Part shown: in pieces, positions 12,201 to 27,140 of the stretch
Layout: each line of letters begins with the position of its first letter
How positions within the stretch are numbered: position 1 is the first letter of the stretch
Source of the DNA: the human T2T-CHM13v2.0 reference genome, Homo sapiens
Direction: 5' to 3'
Length of the DNA stretch: 64,000 nucleotides
Assembly (NCBI GenBank): GCA_009914755.4
Contig: CP068257.2
Coordinates: forward strand, 8,576,001-8,640,000
The notes under the pieces: generated by a model
The model's database searches: none
What the model was told of the DNA's origin: nothing
What the model saw: only the letters and a program-made list of their open reading frames with translations
Position numbers and translations under genes: made by a program

Positions 12201-15200
12201 TATAATGACAGTTATTATATTTTTAAACCTTTCAAATAAGAATATCCTTAGAATTTCATTCATTAACCAAGCTCAAAGCATGTGATTAGCATCTGAAAAT
12301 GTTTTATTATACAATCACTAGACAGCAAAAGAGGTTTCCGTTTTCCTGTGTATTTGAAAGAGTTCAACAGCCCTAAGTCACACAGTTGGAGGAAACTCAA
12401 ACAAGGGAAATTTCATTTGAAGTGATGAAATTAGCATGATGAAGTTTACAATACAAAGATTTTTGTTTCAAGACTCTGAGGTTTGGTAGGGAGGAAGGGG
12501 AAAGGCAGACGACACCAAATAAGACTGGTTGGAGAGGGGATGAGAAGCATCAATTAGAAAGCTCTTCAAATTCAAACGGACCATTCAAACCATCCTAGGA
12601 CTAGACTCCAATTGGGAAAAACTCTGAAGGAAATGATCTCCTACTCCCACGAGATGGCTAACGTGATTTAGGTAAAAAGCTTTTAGTTTTATGGCTGGGG
12701 AGGTAGCAATAAAGAAAATGAACCTCCTGCCAGTGATTCTTTTTCAAGCTCTGCCAATCCCTGTGTCTGGGGAAGCTATAAAGAATGTCCAGCCTCATGT
12801 CAAAAGAATTGCCACAGATCTCCAGCTCACCTGCATTCAAGCATTGAAACATCCCTAAGCCTGTTCCCAGGCCAGCCTGGAACTGAGAATCCAGGAGAGC
12901 CTTTTCTGTTCTGCTGTTGCAGCTACACTATCTACTTGTTAGCATAACCAGGGCCACCAGAAACACATGCTAGAGAAATACAGAGAGCAAAAATCAACAG
13001 CTGATGAAAAGCAGAATCTTTTCTTTTTGACAGCAATACCAATAGCATGAAGCACGTCCCTTTTGGAGCTTTCCAAACCAATTCAAAAGCGAGTTTTCTG
13101 GTGTGGATCAAGAAAGCTAGCCAAATTGCCCCTGAGAGCATAGCCACTGGCCAAGATATTGATGACTGTAGGCAGCTCAGGACGCATCCTCGGCCCCGGT
13201 GCTGTCTTTCTCAGAGCTCTGTTTAATTCCATCAGGCACAGGCAGCATTTGGAGAAAGCTGTGTTGATTTTTGTGATCTTCAGCCAGCACAGAAGTGGCC
13301 AGTTCCCTAGCTTCCCAGCACCGTCCTTCTCTTGCCCTGCCCCTTCATGGTCTCCCTGGGCTCACTGGACCCAGACTTGCCTTTCACCCCTGTCAAAACC
13401 TCACAGTCCTGTGTGTCTGTTTCCCTTTGAACTACACAAACTAACTAATTTGGTGAACCTATTAAGTGAACTTCTTTATACTCATGGTCTAGAGTGCATT
13501 GAACGCTAAAGGGTTTGCTAGAGGTTGTCAAAATCAATTCTGTCTTCTTCCAACTGGACCAAGGCTTCTTTGAGTTAATAAAACTCTGAGAAATCTGAGT
13601 GGATTTTTCATAGTATCTTTTTCTATTCATTTGGGGTTTTTTTTGTTTGTTTTTTACTTTTCATGGAGATTTTCCTTAATTTAACCCAAAAGATATACCC
13701 ATATGACATTTCAACTAATATGAAAGAGATAGTAGGACAAAGAATTTGAAGACAGTCTTTCAGAGCCCCACAAAGTACTTGAAATTTATCAATAAACCCC
13801 TCCCGGTGCTTCCCACCATGTTCCACATTCCATCTCCATTTTAAGCCATGAAGCTTCAAGTGGCATCTCCTCCTGTGAAACCTACAGTTTGGAGATAAAT
13901 TATTGATGACTAATGACTTAGAAGAACCAAAGAAAGGATCCTCTAGTGGAGACACAGCATGGAAATGGTGGTCCAGGGTGAGACGGAACTGCTTCCAATC
14001 CCAGTGCCACCTACGTGGTTCCAGCTGTGTGCTTCCCTTCCTCTAATCTTGTTTACTCGTCTCTAATACGGGACTAATAACATATACATCAGACTATTGT
14101 GAGGGTTGAATGTAACGATATTCCAAATTGTTGCATGTGTCCAGTACTTAACATAGTGCCAAGAACAAAACATGTATCAATAAGTATGAATAGCCTTCCC
14201 AGCGCACACCTCCAAACAATGGATTTCTGGCCGATGACAAGTAGTGGTTCCCAGCGGTCCTACAGGTTATGGTTTAACTTACCACTAGCCAATGAGTAAG
14301 TTTGCCTCAGACCACATCACAATTCTTTTGCAAGCCTGGAGCTTGGTGAAAAACAAGGGGGAAAATAATCAATGTCCCTAAGGCAGATGCTGAAAGATTA
14401 ACCTCATAACATAATTCTCTCACCAGACTTGTTTCCTGAATGTCTATTTAAATTTTAACTCTGCAAATAAAACAAAGTTGGTAATGAAGGTGATTAAGAT
14501 GGTATTTGTCCAGGGAACGAATCTCCTCACAACATACCTAAGAAAGAGATATATGTACAGAAAACGAAGCACAGTAAAATATCACTTCATTACTATCAGA
14601 GATTTTCCCCAAACACAGAGAAAGCTCTACAGAGCTGAGCTTAAGCCAGAACTCTGTTATTTGCTTGGCCTAATGCCAAAACAGGCCAGAGACCCCTTTC
14701 ACCTACTTCTCTTTAATCCCAAACCTATGTCTTGCTTTGATCTAAGAAAGAGCCAAATGCCCAGGAGGCACCACGATAGAGAAAAGCAGCCAGCCGGAGA
14801 GTGGCCTCCATGCCAGGGGACTGTGTCTGAGCTTTGTTTTATTTTTCTTATTTGTCTGTAGTTGTGTGATTGGTAGAAGAGAGTAGATATGAAGTCTACT
14901 GACACAGGATTGGTCTTCAGGCATGTCTTACCAAGCATTTGGGGGAACAGAGGGGTTCCACAAATAAGAGAGCAATGATCAGACTTTCTTCTAAAAGGAG
15001 CAGCCACAAGCTACCTTAACTCTCCAACTTGCCCATTAATCTTCACCTAGAGTTAGGAAGATTTCACCATTAGCTGTGGCCCATAAAAGATCCTTAAGCT
15101 TGACCAACCACAGAGGTCCATCTCCTTGAGGAGGAAGTGAAAGGGGTATGGACAGAAGCTGTGAGCTTTCTGTCCTCCGCAGGCCGCCAGCTGTGTCTTC

Positions 15201-16059
15201 TACTTATTGTACAAGATAGTCTCTAAATGATGTTTTCTGGCTGACAATGCCACAGAACTGATCCTTATCTCACTATGGATATGAAAGATTTAAAAGAATT
15301 TGTTGCCTGAAATATGGTGCCCTAATCACATATTAATAAAGCTGCTATCCAGAAAGAAGGCAGATTTCAAAAGAAATGTTGTTAGCATTCTCAGGGACCT
15401 AAAAAGTACATATTGTAGAACAACGGTAAACAGATCTTGGAATCCGGTAGACTTTAATTCAAACCCCAGCTATGCCACTTATTAACTTATGTGACATTGA
15501 GAAAGCCTCTCAAATTTAGATTTGCAAAATCAGAATAATGTAAGTAGCCAACAAATAGGGTTTAACGGAGGTAATAATGAAGGTTATTAAGATGATAAAA
15601 TTAAACAGTGAATATAAAGTCCTTAGCATTTAATAAATTTATTATATGATTTCAAAGCACATGCTTTTACCTACAGTGCTATAAAACTGCTTGCAATAGT
15701 CAAAGTTAATAGAAGCTCTCGTCAGAGCTAATAGAAGCCTTGTATATGTAATTATTTAAGAATTCTGTAAATATACACAATAGGGTAGGAACGAGAAAAT
15801 CTTTAGAGGAAATATTCAAGTATGTTTGATTTCTAGCAAATCCAGATAGACAGTTTTGGCAACAACCAAGTCATAATTTTAAGTCTTGTTATAGGAGCTA
15901 GAATTTTATTCAAGGGACAACTGATTTGATTAGATTAGATGCTGTGCACTGCATGTTTCCTTCAACAAATGCACAAGTTGAAACTCTAACAATAGAATGG
16001 CATTAGAAGGAGGACCTTTGGGAAGTAATTTGGTTTTGATGAGGATGGAGTTCTCACAA

Positions 16060-16280
16060 TGGGGTTAGCATCCTAATAAGAAGAGTAGGAGACTAGAGCC
16101 CTCTTCTCTCAGCCATGTGAAGATACAACAAGAACACCTGCAAACCAGTAAGAGGGCCTTCACCAGACACTGGCTCTGCTGGCCCAGATTTTAATCTTTG
16201 AATTCCCACAACTGTGAGAAACAAGTATATGCTGTTTAAGCCACTCAGTCTACAGTTGTTTGTAGCAGCAGCCTGAGCAG
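16060..16280 (+). repeat. MLT1/MER-type MaLR LTR 3' portion.
   Basis: 'ccacaactgtgagaaacaagtatatgctgtttaagccactcagtctacagttgtttgtagcagcagcctgagcagacaaagaca' matches the consensus LTR end '...ccagaactgtgagaaataaatttctgttgtttaagccacccagtctgtggtattttgttatagcagcccgaacagactaagaca'. Confidence 0.6.
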
Positions 16281-17660
16281 ACAAAGACATAGGGTTCCTT
16301 TTATTTTCAGAATTCGGTTTAGCTGTAATCACCTACCATCCTGAGATGCAGTTTCCTCCCTTGAAATATAAGCTCTGGGACTATAGCCTCATGGACAAAT
16401 TCTGAAGAATTTGTCTCTGCTCTTGTGGGATGCTAACCTAACCAATCAAGGAATGTTTGCTCAATGGAATGAAACATCTTAATGCAGCTCGCCAGCCCAT
16501 ATCTGCAAAGCACACCTCATGGGTTCTGGCTGGCTTGGATTTCTGAGACTACTTCATCCTACTCATCAAACTGTGGACTCAGATTCAGCCAGGAGGCCCA
16601 GATTCTAGCGTCAGTTTTGCCCTTGGGATACAAATGCACATCCTGCTTCACTGAACATGAAACCCTGAATATTTGGCCATTACTCTGGCAATTGTCCTCT
16701 CTCCCTGTGCCAATTGCCAATCAACCCAACTCCCAGGCAGCTTTGGCAGTTATGTCTGCTTGGCCTGCTGTAGCAGCCAATGACTTAGTAAAAGTCAGAA
16801 CATAGATCTGCTAGCTCCCAGTCCAGGATTTCCCCATAACTCGTCCATGTTTATATTAAACAACTAGGTTTGCTTTCAAAATTCTTTTTCATTTAGCCTC
16901 TTCTTAGAACTTCTCATTTTGAGAATCCTGACCTGTCAATATTCCATAACCTTTCTGAAAGTGACACAGCAAATACGATGTATGCACACTGCTAACTGCA
17001 GCTGATTTCATTTTCCAACATCTATAAAGCACATTAGGTAATTTCTAAACCAGCAGCAAAATCTATTTATAAAGAATGCTGATTTGTTTTCTGCATTTTC
17101 CAACACAGAGCTTCAATTTATTTCCTTACCATAAAAAAACATTACTTTTTAAAACAATCATAGTTAGTATATTTTATAAATGCTTTAATTTTTGTAAAGT
17201 CCAACTTGCAAATTGGAGTGTAAATAGCTTTCTTAAAATGGAAGGAACCGTGTTAGACCCAGTATGCAGGATTGATTATTTCACTGTGCTTCAAAGCAGA
17301 CGATTTCACAGACATTGGGTATATAATGTAATGAGTTTTTATAAAGCAATTGATATTATTAAAAATATAATTATAATAAATAAAATTATAGGGAAAAGGA
17401 AATCTTCATTCTGACAATGCTAAATTTTTTAACTAACTCACTGGTAAAAGATTATGTTTCTACATGAAAAATTTTACACATTCTTTCTATGAAATAAACC
17501 TGATAACACCTTGAAAACTTCATAGTTATGGAAAAGGAACTACTGTGATTTTTTTTTAGAGAATGTCATGTTCTTGATGTTCTTGAGTGAGCTGTCTCAT
17601 GTTATTAGAAAGGAAACAGCAGCACCTTGTGGACAAACAAAGAAAGTGAATGAATTTTTA

Positions 17661-17948
17661 GGACCCGGTGCGGTGGTTCAGGCCTGTAATCCCAGCACTT
17701 TGGGAGACTTGGGTGGAGGGTAACTTGAGCCCAAGAGTTCAAGACCAGCCTAGGCAACACAGTGACACGCCGATCTTTACCAAAAATTGAAAAATTTGCT
17801 GGGCTTGGTGGCTCATACCTCAGGTCCCAGCTTCTTGTAAGGCTGAGGTGGGAGGATCGCTTAAGCCCAGGAGGTCAAGGCTGCAGTGACTGTGATCATA
17901 CCACTGCATTCCAGCCTGGGTGACACAGCAAGACCCTATTTCAAAAAA
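17661..17948 (+). mobile_element. Alu, plus orientation.
   Basis: 'ggacccggtgcggtggttcaggcctgtaatcccagcactttgggaga...gagttcaagaccagcctaggcaacacagtga...gctgggcttggtggctcatacctc...gcactgcattccagcctgggtgacacagcaagaccctatttcaaaaaa'. Confidence 0.9.
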
Positions 17949-18010
17949 GGTATATTTATGTGGCACTTTCTACAAGGAATATAGTATCATGTTTGTATTT
18001 AAATGACATC

Positions 18011-18317
18011 AGGACCAGCATGGTGGCTTACACATGTAATCTCAGCTCCTCAGATGGTGGAAGGCAGGAGGATTGCTTGAGGCCAGGAGTTGGAAGACCA
18101 GCCTGGGCAGCATAATGAAACCCCCATTTCTACAAAAATAATAATAGTAATCAAAAGCTAGGCGTGCTGGCACACACCTGCAGACCTAGCTGCTGTGGAG
18201 GCTGAGTGGAAGGATAACATTGAGCTCAGGAGTTTGATTGTATTGTGTATTGTGAGGTACGATCTAGCCACTCCACTCCAGACAACACGGCAAGACCCAG
18301 TCTCTAAACAAAATAAA
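18011..18317 (+). mobile_element. Alu, plus orientation, diverged.
   Basis: 'ggaccagcatggtggcttacacatgtaatctcagc...gcctgggcagcataatgaaacccccatttctacaaaaataataa...ggcgtgctggcacacacctgcagacc...ccactccactccagacaacacggcaagacccagtctctaaacaaaataaa'. Confidence 0.85.
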
Positions 18318-19365
18318 GGGACATCAGAGTATTGTTTATAGAGATTTGTAAATGATCCCAAAATGTCTTCAGAGAGATAAATCATCTAAGTATAGCTATA
18401 TCGACTCTTCCTAAATTCTAAATTTGTGTGGGAACAATAAATGAGATAGAAGACTTCTTGAAATGTATCAAGACTCAGAAAGACAAAACAAAAACTTTCA
18501 TTAGGCAGTATCAAGAATGTTCATTAATGCTATTTCTAATTTATGATACGATCATCTAAAGAGGAAATCCCAGCAACAAGGGGCCAAAGGAAAGGGAAAA
18601 GAAATGAAAACAAGGACCATACTTTCTCCACATCCAACCTCTTCTCTACCACCTCTCAGCAAGACCTCCCACACCCAATCACTGCTTTTTCTTGCGGACT
18701 TACCCTCTACTCTGTGAACACATGAGCCAGAGAACCCTGAGAAGTCCCTGAGTCCCTTCCAGGGGCTCTGCAAGGTCAAAAGTCTTTTCATAAAAATACA
18801 CAGGTTTTGTTTACCTTTTCCACTTTCCTTGTCTCTCAAGTATAATTGGAGTTTCCCAGAAGCTACCTGACATGTGATGTCAAAAGAAATTAAATGTAGA
18901 AGTAGAAAGGAGAACAAGTTTTCTTCTATTAAACCAGACATTAAAGACATACCTAAAAATATAAAACAATGTCACTGTTCTCACAAACTTTATTGCTTAA
19001 AAATGATAATTTTAAATAAAAATGTGATTTATGTAAACATATAAGTATATATTTTTTAATTTCTCAGTTTTAATGTTTACTATGATAAATATAGATAGAC
19101 ATAATCCAAATAAATAAAAGCTCTTTGGGGTCCTCAATAACTTTTAAAAATGTAAAGTGTTCCTGACACCAAAAATTTGAGGACTGATGAGCTAAATCTC
19201 ATACCCTTTGTTGTAGCTTCCACCCAGGTCATTTCTTAAATACTTGATCAATAATTTCCCCATGTCCCTCACCCTATCCTTGTTGCAAAATTCCATTTTC
19301 CTACTCCAGCCCTCCCTGTCATGGGAAAGTTCCCAGGTTGTAGACATGATTTACTAAATCTTTCT

Positions 19366-22300
19366 TAACAGCTTTATCATGATAACATGACATATACAAA
19401 TTGTGTAAATTTAAGGTAACTTAATGTTTTGATATTTCTATACTTTTTGAAACGATCACCACAATCAAGCAAATTAGCATATTATCTCTACATATTTACC
19501 ATTGTGTGTGTGTTGACAGTAATTAATTTATGATCTAGTCCTTTAGCAGAACACAAGAATATGATACAGTGTTGTTCCACGTTGTACATTATATCTCCAG
19601 AAATTATTATAACTTGAACATTGCACAATTTAATTAACATCACCCCATTTCCCCTCCCTGAGCCCCTGGCAACCACTGTCTTATTCTCTGTTTTTATAAA
19701 TTTGACTGTCGTAGATTCCACATGTAAGTGAGATCATGAAGTATTTGTCTCTGTGTCTTGCATTTTTGCTTGGCGCAATATCTTCCAGCTCCATCCATGT
19801 TTTCACAAATAGAAGGATTTCCTTCTTTTTTAAGGGTGTATAATATTTCATTTTATGTATACACGTCACATTTTCTTTACCCATTCATCTGTTCCTCTGA
19901 CAAAGGACCTTTAGGTTATTTTCCTATTTTGGTCATTGTGTGTCATGCCGCAATGAACAGAGGATGACAGACACCTCTCTAAGACTCTTATGTCAATTTC
20001 ACTGGACATATATCCAGAAGTGAAATTGTTGCATTATGTGGTAGTTCTTTTTTTCATTTTTGAAACCAGGTCTCACTCTGCTATCCTGGGTAAAGTCCAG
20101 TGGCAAGATCATAGCTCACTGCAGCCTTGATCTCCTGGGCTCAAGCGATCCTCCTACCTCAGCCTCCTGAGTAGCTGGGACTACAGGTGTACAACACCAT
20201 GTCTGGCTAATTTTATTTCTGAGATGGCGTCTTGCTATGTTACCCAGGCTGGTCTGGAGCTCCTGGCCTCCTGCCTTGGCTTCCCCAAATCCTGGGATTA
20301 CAGGTGTGAGCCATCACACCAGGCCAGTGCTATTTTCAATTTTTTTTGGAGGAACCTCAATACTGTTTTCTGTGTTTTACTAATTTGCATTCCCATCAAT
20401 AGTGTATAATGGTTTCCTTTTCTTCACATTCTTACCAACACTTATCTTTTCTCTTTTTGATAATAGCCATTTTAACAGGTGTGACTTGATATCTCATTGT
20501 GGTTTTGATTTGCATTACTCTGAAGTTTAGAGATGTTGAGCACATTTTCTTATACCTATTAGCCATTTGAATTTCTTCTTTGGAGATGTATTTATTTAGG
20601 TTCTTTGCCTTAAAATAAAATTAGGTTATTCATAATTTTGGAATTGATGTGTATGTATCCTTCTTATTTTTTGAACTCCTTATAAGAGATATGGTTTACA
20701 AACATTTTCCCCATTTCATAGGTTGCCTTATCATTTCATTAGTTGTTTTCTTTGCTGTGCAAAAGCATTTTAATTCGATGTATTTCATTTTTCTATTTTG
20801 CCTTTGTTGTCTGTGCTTTTGGCATCATATCTAAACAAATTATTGCCAAGACCAATGTCAAGAATGTTTTCTCCTGTCTTCTTCCAGGAGTTTTGTTTCA
20901 GTGATTACATTTAAACGTTTAATCCATTTTGAGTTAATTTTTACATAAGGCGTGAGCTAGGGATCCGATTTCATTCTTTTACATGTAGACATCCAGCTTT
21001 CCTAACACCATTTGGTCAAGAGCATATCCTCTGCATATAGTGTCTCCTTGTCACCTTCCAGGGTGATCAATTGCTGCAAATGTGTGGGTTATGCCTAGGT
21101 TCTCTATTTTGTTTCACTGGTTTATGTGTCTGTTTTTATGACAATACCACAGTGTTTTTCTTTCTACAGCTTTGTAATTTAATCTGAAGTCAGGAAGTGT
21201 GATACCTGTAGCTTTGTTCTTGCTCAAAGTAGCTTCAGCCACTCAGGGATTTTTGTGATTCTATAAGAATTTTGGGATTTTTTTTCTATTTCTGTGAGAG
21301 ATACCATTGGGATTTTGATATGGATTACATTAAATGTGTAGATTGCTTTGAGTAATATGGACACTTTAATAATACTTTACTAACTCTTTCAATCCATGGG
21401 TTGTCTTTCAATTTACTTTGGTTTAAATTTCTGTCATCAATATTTTATAATTTGTAGTGTTTAAGTCTTTCACTTCTTTGGTTAGTTAGTTCCAAAGTAG
21501 TTTATTTGATACTGTTTTTTAAATTTCCCTTTCAGACAATTCATTGTTAGTGTTTAGAAATAGCAGTGATTTTTGTATGTCAATTGTGTATCCTACAACT
21601 TTAGTAAATTTATTATATAGTCAGTCCTTCATATCAATGGGTTCTGCAACCATGAACTCAATCAACCAAGAACTTAACTTGTACATAATTTCCATCTGTG
21701 GTGGTTTGAATCCACAGATGTTGACCCATGGATACATAGGGCCAGCTGTACACGATTTTATGTGAGGGAATTGATCATCACAGATTTTGTTATCTGAGGG
21801 GTTCCTGAAACAAATCCCCAGCAGATATGAAAGGCTGACTATTATTTCTAACCATTTTCTGTGGAGTCTTTAGAGTTTTCAATGTATAATAATCATGTCT
21901 TCTGTTAACAGAGGTATCTACATCTTTCCTTTCAATTTTGATGCCTTTTATTTCTCTTGCCTGATTGCTCTGGCTAGGACTTCCAGTACTATGGTGAATA
22001 GGAGTGATGAGAATAGACATCCTTGTCTTGTTCCAGATATTAAACAAAAAGCTTTCAGTTTTTCCCCATTGATTATAATATTAGATATAGGTTTTTCATA
22101 TACAGCCTTTATAGTGTTGAAGTAAGTTTCTTGTATACTTATTTTGCTGAGAGTTTTATCATGAAAGTATATTGAATTTTGTCAAATGTGTTTTCTGCAT
22201 CTATTGGAATGTTATTTTTGTCTTTCATTCTGTTAATGTGGTATATCACATTATTAATTTTTACACATTGAAACATCCTTGTAACCCATAGATAAATTAC

Positions 22301-24250
22301 AATTGGTCATGGTGTATGACCTTTTCAATGTGCTTTTGAATTCAGTTTGCTAGTTTGTATTTTATTGAGAATTTTTGCATCTATATTCATTAAGGATACT
22401 GGTCTGTAATTATTTTTTCTTGTGTTGTCTTCGTCTAGCTTTTAAGTCATGGTAACATTGGCCTCATGAAATGAGTTTGAGAGTATTCTCTCTTCTATTT
22501 TTTCTGAAAAGTTTTAGAAATTTTGGTATTAGTTCTTCTTTGAATATTTGGTAGAAGTTGCCCATGAAAACATCTGCACCTGGGCTTTTCTTTGTTGGGA
22601 ATTTTTGATTACTGGTTAAATCTCTTTGCTTGCTTTTGGTCTGCTCTATTTATTTTTTGTTCCACCTTGGTAGATTACATATTTCTAAGAATTTATCCAT
22701 TTCTTCTAGGTTATCCAATTTATTGGCATATAATTGCTTAATTGTCCTTTATAATCATTTGTATTCCTGTACATTTGATATAATGTCTCCATTTTCATTC
22801 CTGATTATATTTACTTGAGTTTCTCTTTTTTTCTTAGTGTAGCTAAGGGTTTGTTATTTTTGTTTGTATTACCAAAAATTCAACTCTAGCTTTGTTGATT
22901 TTTCTATTGTTTTTTATTTTATAGTTATTTTATTTATATTCTAATCTTTATTATTTAATTCATTATGCCAACTTTGGGTTTAGTTAGTTTTTCTTTTTCT
23001 AATTGTTTATTTGTAAAGTTAGGTTGTTCGAGTGAGATCTTTCTTATTTTTTAATGTAGTTATTTATCACTGTAACATTTCTCCCTTAGCACTTCTTTTG
23101 CTGCATCCTGTAGTTTTGTTGAGTTGTATGTTCATTTTTGTTTGTCTCAAGATATTTTTAAAATTCCCTTTTGATTTCTTCTTTTACCCAATGGTGGTTC
23201 AAGAGTGTGTTGTTTAGTTTCTGCATTTTTGTAAATGTTTCTGTTTTCTTTGTTATTGACTTCTAATTTTATTCCATTGTGGTCTGAGAAGATACTTGGC
23301 ATTATATTAAACTTCTTAAATTTGTAGGATGCCTTGTGACCTAAGATTGATCTATCTCAGAGAATATTCTGAGTGCACTTGAGAAAAATGTATATTCTGC
23401 TGCTGTTGGATGGAAAGTTCTGTATATGTCAGTGTTGAATCTACAGTGTTGTTCAAGTCAGCTGTTTCCTCTTTTTTTATTCCTGCCTAGATGTTCTATC
23501 TATTATTGAATTTGGGGTACTGAAGTTGGCTACTATTATTTTAGTGTTACTGATTTCTCCCCTTAGCTTTGCTGATATTAACTTTATATATTTAGGTGTT
23601 CTAATGTTGACTGGATATATATTTACAATCTTCCCTTTGAACTGAACTTTTATCATTATATAGTGACCTTCTTAGTCTCTAATGACAGTTTTTTATTTCA
23701 AGTCTATTTTTTCTGATCTAAGTATAGATACCCTTGCTCTTTTTTGGTTACCATTTGCGTAGAGTATTTTTTCCCATCCCTTCACTTTCAGCCTCTATGT
23801 ATCTTTATATCTAAAGTGACTCCCTTATAAATATGTACTGATGAGTATCTTTTATGCATTGTGCCACTCTATGTCTTTTAATTAGATAGTTTAATCCTTT
23901 CACATTTAAAGTCATTGTTGATAGGTAAGGAGTAACTTGCATTTTGTTAATTGTTTTTCATATGTTTTGCAGTTCTTTTTTTTTTTTTCCTCTCTTGCTG
24001 TCTTCTTAGTTTTGGTTATTTCTTGTAGTGGTTTGGTTTCATTTATTTTTCTTCACATTTTGTGCATCTCCTATAAGTTTTGAATTTGTGGTTGCAAATG
24101 TACATCTTCTATAGAAAGCTGTATTAATGTTATCAGCTTTTTTGGAATCATTCTCTTTCTCTTCCCTCTTCAGACATATACGCAAATACTCTGTTTTTCA
24201 AGACACGAGTAAATAGGGCTCTGGTTAGAAATTTATCAATATGAAAAAAG
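19366..24250 (-). mobile_element. L1 fragment of ~4.6 kb (3' UTR plus most of ORF2), older L1P/L1M type, antisense on + strand. An Alu is nested at 20048-20328.
   Basis: 3'-end antisense 'aacagctttatcatgataacatgacatatacaaattgtgtaaatttaaggtaac...caccccatttcccctccctgagcccctggcaaccactgtc...'. ORF2 antisense blocks '...cttccagtactatggtgaataggagtgatgagaatagacatccttgtcttgttccagat...', '...tagcacttcttttgctgcatcctgtagttttgttgagttgtatgttcatttttgtttgtctcaagatatttttaaaattccc...', and '...tttagctttgctgatattaactttatatatttaggtgttctaatgttgactggatatatatttacaatc...'. Confidence 0.85.
20048..20328 (-). mobile_element. Alu, minus orientation, nested in the L1.
   Basis: 'gaaaccaggtctcactctgctatcctgggtaaagtccagtggcaagatcatagctcactgcagccttgatctcctgggctcaagcgatcctcctacctcagcctcctgagtagctgggactacaggtg...ggcgtcttgctatgttacccaggctggtctggagctcctggcctcc...cctgggattacaggtgtgagccatcacaccaggcc'. 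Confidence 0.9.
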
Positions 24251-26759
24251 AGATCCTCTGAGTATTTTGATAAGTTAGAAAATAATGATAGACTGCAGTA
24301 GAATTTCATGTATTTCAACTTCTGTCATCTATGTTACTCTACAATATATTTTCTGTGTGTATTAGTCAATGTTATATATTTACAAGGTAAATCCATAAAG
24401 CATACATTCTAGAATGCCCTAACTTATGTTCTTAAGAGATATGCTCCTTATAGCCTTCTTGGCACTCCTGAAGTGTCAAATATTTCCATTGAAGAAGGTT
24501 GCATATGGCTTCTGAGATGAAGTCTAGACAGGTTAGGATTATTTTTTGCTCCTTTTGCCCACACAGCACCCACTGTCCCCTCCCTTTGTTATTAGCCATT
24601 ATCTGGTACCCTAGATGAAGCCATCTTCTGTCCTTCAGTTTTGACGTGGGGGCTGATTTCACCCCCAGTTTCAGGAATAAGCGCAGGACAGCTACTAACA
24701 AGTATGTTGTTCACTCAAGGAAGAAACCCAGCTAAGGGAGAAAGGGGGGCTGAAATCCAGCCTACATGCTCTTCTCCAAGCCACATGCCCCGATACAGGG
24801 CTGCATCTAACTGGAGAAAGGGGAGCCATTTTCTAATACTTGCAAAGGCACTGTGTGGACAGTGGAAACCCTGTATGAGCTCGTGACACAGGCCTGGCCA
24901 ATGAATATACTTCTAATCCTGGCACAGATGAAACTAGAGATGGACATGAAATCCAAGCCTCACACCCAAAGTCAATCTCTAGTCTCTTATTGAAACTATT
25001 AGAAGTGTTTCTGTTTTTGCTTTATTCTGGGGCTGTGGAACTAAGGAAATGTACACTGCAGGAGTGATGATGGCCACATTGCAGCACAAAGGGAAAACTT
25101 GTCTGAGAATAAAATCAATGAGGAAGAGAAAAGCAAGGAAGAGGAGAAGAGCCAAGCCCTGAGTCCCTACGTTCAGCCATTCTGAAGCTATACCCTGGAT
25201 TTTTCCATTATACGAGTCCACAAATTAATATTTTTTTTGGCTTAGACCAGTTTGAGTTTGAATTCTATTATTTATAACCAAAGGAGTCCTACCATATTAT
25301 CTTAGCCGGATTTTCATAAACACGGTACATGTTGATCAACAAACTTCCTAAATGTTTCACGTTCACTCCAAAGAGGGAGGGGGAAAAATAAAGAAGAGGA
25401 AGAAAATGATTACTTATCATCCACAGTAGTCAAGGAAGCTGCAGAAGCATCAAGCAAAAGCAGCAGAAGTTAGCTTTGTACTCCTACAAACACTGCTCTG
25501 AAGTACTCCGCCTAGTGGGCCACATCAGAAACTGCATTTCTAAAATCTTTAAAAAGACAGAAAAGGAATCACCACTTACCCTGGGAACCCTAACAGAGGA
25601 GTAGACCACATAGGAATATGTCCCATTGGTTTGAGGTCGATAAGTCAATTTTCAAAGCTTTAGTAATTCCAGAAACAAGAACATATTTATTTTACTTTGA
25701 TCACACAATGCCTAGTTATATTAAAAGTAAGGAGACATTCAATAAATACCTTTTATGGAAATAAAAACAGACAATTTAGGAGAAAATTAACTATCAATGC
25801 ATTATTTTCAAAGGTAAAGAAAAAAGAAATTATTCTGAACACACAAAACTATTTTATCAAATATCATGGTAAATTATCATTATATACTAAGTCACTTAAT
25901 AAATTTCCAGAGATAATTGGAAACAGTTTCCAGAATAGATTTTGTTTCATCCCAGGAAGAAGTTTCACAAAAAGTTAGTTACTTATCTCCATTGTTACTA
26001 GTACCAAACTAATCCTATGATTCTGAGTCAAATTACAAATAACGTCCACACTTTTCTCCAGTGAGATCAGAGGAGATGCCTAAGTCGAGTGTGTTTTAAT
26101 GTGAGGGCATAATTGGTTTATATTTTTCACTGAAAATAACAAATTCTAGACAACTTAAGCAAAACAGGAATTCAATGAAAGGATATTGAATAGTTCACAA
26201 AATCATTGAAGATGCTGGAGAAGCAAGGTAAGAACTGAGGGAAACTCAGCACAGCCAAGTTCATTCGACGAAAGCAGATCTTGGGATGCCACCACTAGGA
26301 TGTTGTCATTTGTCACTTGTCACCATGTAGCTGGGCTCTGCTGAACCTAGGCATTTGCTGCCACATTCCTGGTCCTGCATCTCTGCTCAATTTCTCAGAA
26401 TCATCTCTGATTCTTTCAGGTCTTTTGCATCATTTCATCGGGCTCCAAGTTCTAATAAAGAGCCATCAGTTGGCTGGGCCTAGATATGTGCCCACACGTG
26501 AGTGGCCAAGAAACTGGAAAAAGGATCATGCACTCCCTTTCAGCTTTTGTAATGGAAGGTGGGGCCTGTCCTCATATTTTGCTTGGGGTTCAAAAAACTA
26601 GGAAGGGTGTTTTGTTGAAATGAAACCCAAAATTATAGCTATCCATTTATAGCACCTTATTTGTACAGGAAGAAACCATGAGACAAAACGTATAAAAGTG
26701 CATGGGAGGTCTAAACATATGAGGGGGTTTTTGAGGAGAGAAAGATCATACTTGATTGG

Positions 26760-27140
26760 TGCTGTGGTTTCACTGTGACTCCTCCGAGATTCAGCGTTGA
26801 CAATGTGAGAGTGTTGAGGTGGAGCCTGCAGGAAGTGATGAGGCCATCAGGAATCCTACCTCAGGAATGGGTTTAGGAGCCCTCATGAAAGAGCTCCATG
26901 GAGGGAGTTCATCCCTCTTGCTCTCCCGCCTTCCACATGTGAGGAAACAGTGTTCCTTGTCTCTGGAAGATGCAGCATCAAGACACCATCTTGAACGGAG
27001 AGAACAGCCCTTACCAGACATCAGACCTGCCAACGCCTTGATCTTGGACTTCTTAGTCTCCAGAATTGTGACAGATAAACGTCTGGTTTTCATAAATTGC
27101 CTAGTCTGTGTTATTTTGTTATAAGAGCATAAATTGACTA
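26760..27140 (+). repeat. MLT1/MER-type MaLR solo LTR.
   Basis: '...gccttgatcttggacttcttagtctccagaattgtgacagataaacgtctggttttcataaattgcctagtctgtgttattttgttataagagcataaattgactaagaca' is a typical MLT1 3' end. Upstream: 'ccttccacatgtgaggaaacagtgttccttgtctctggaagatgcagcatcaagacaccatcttgaa'. Confidence 0.65.
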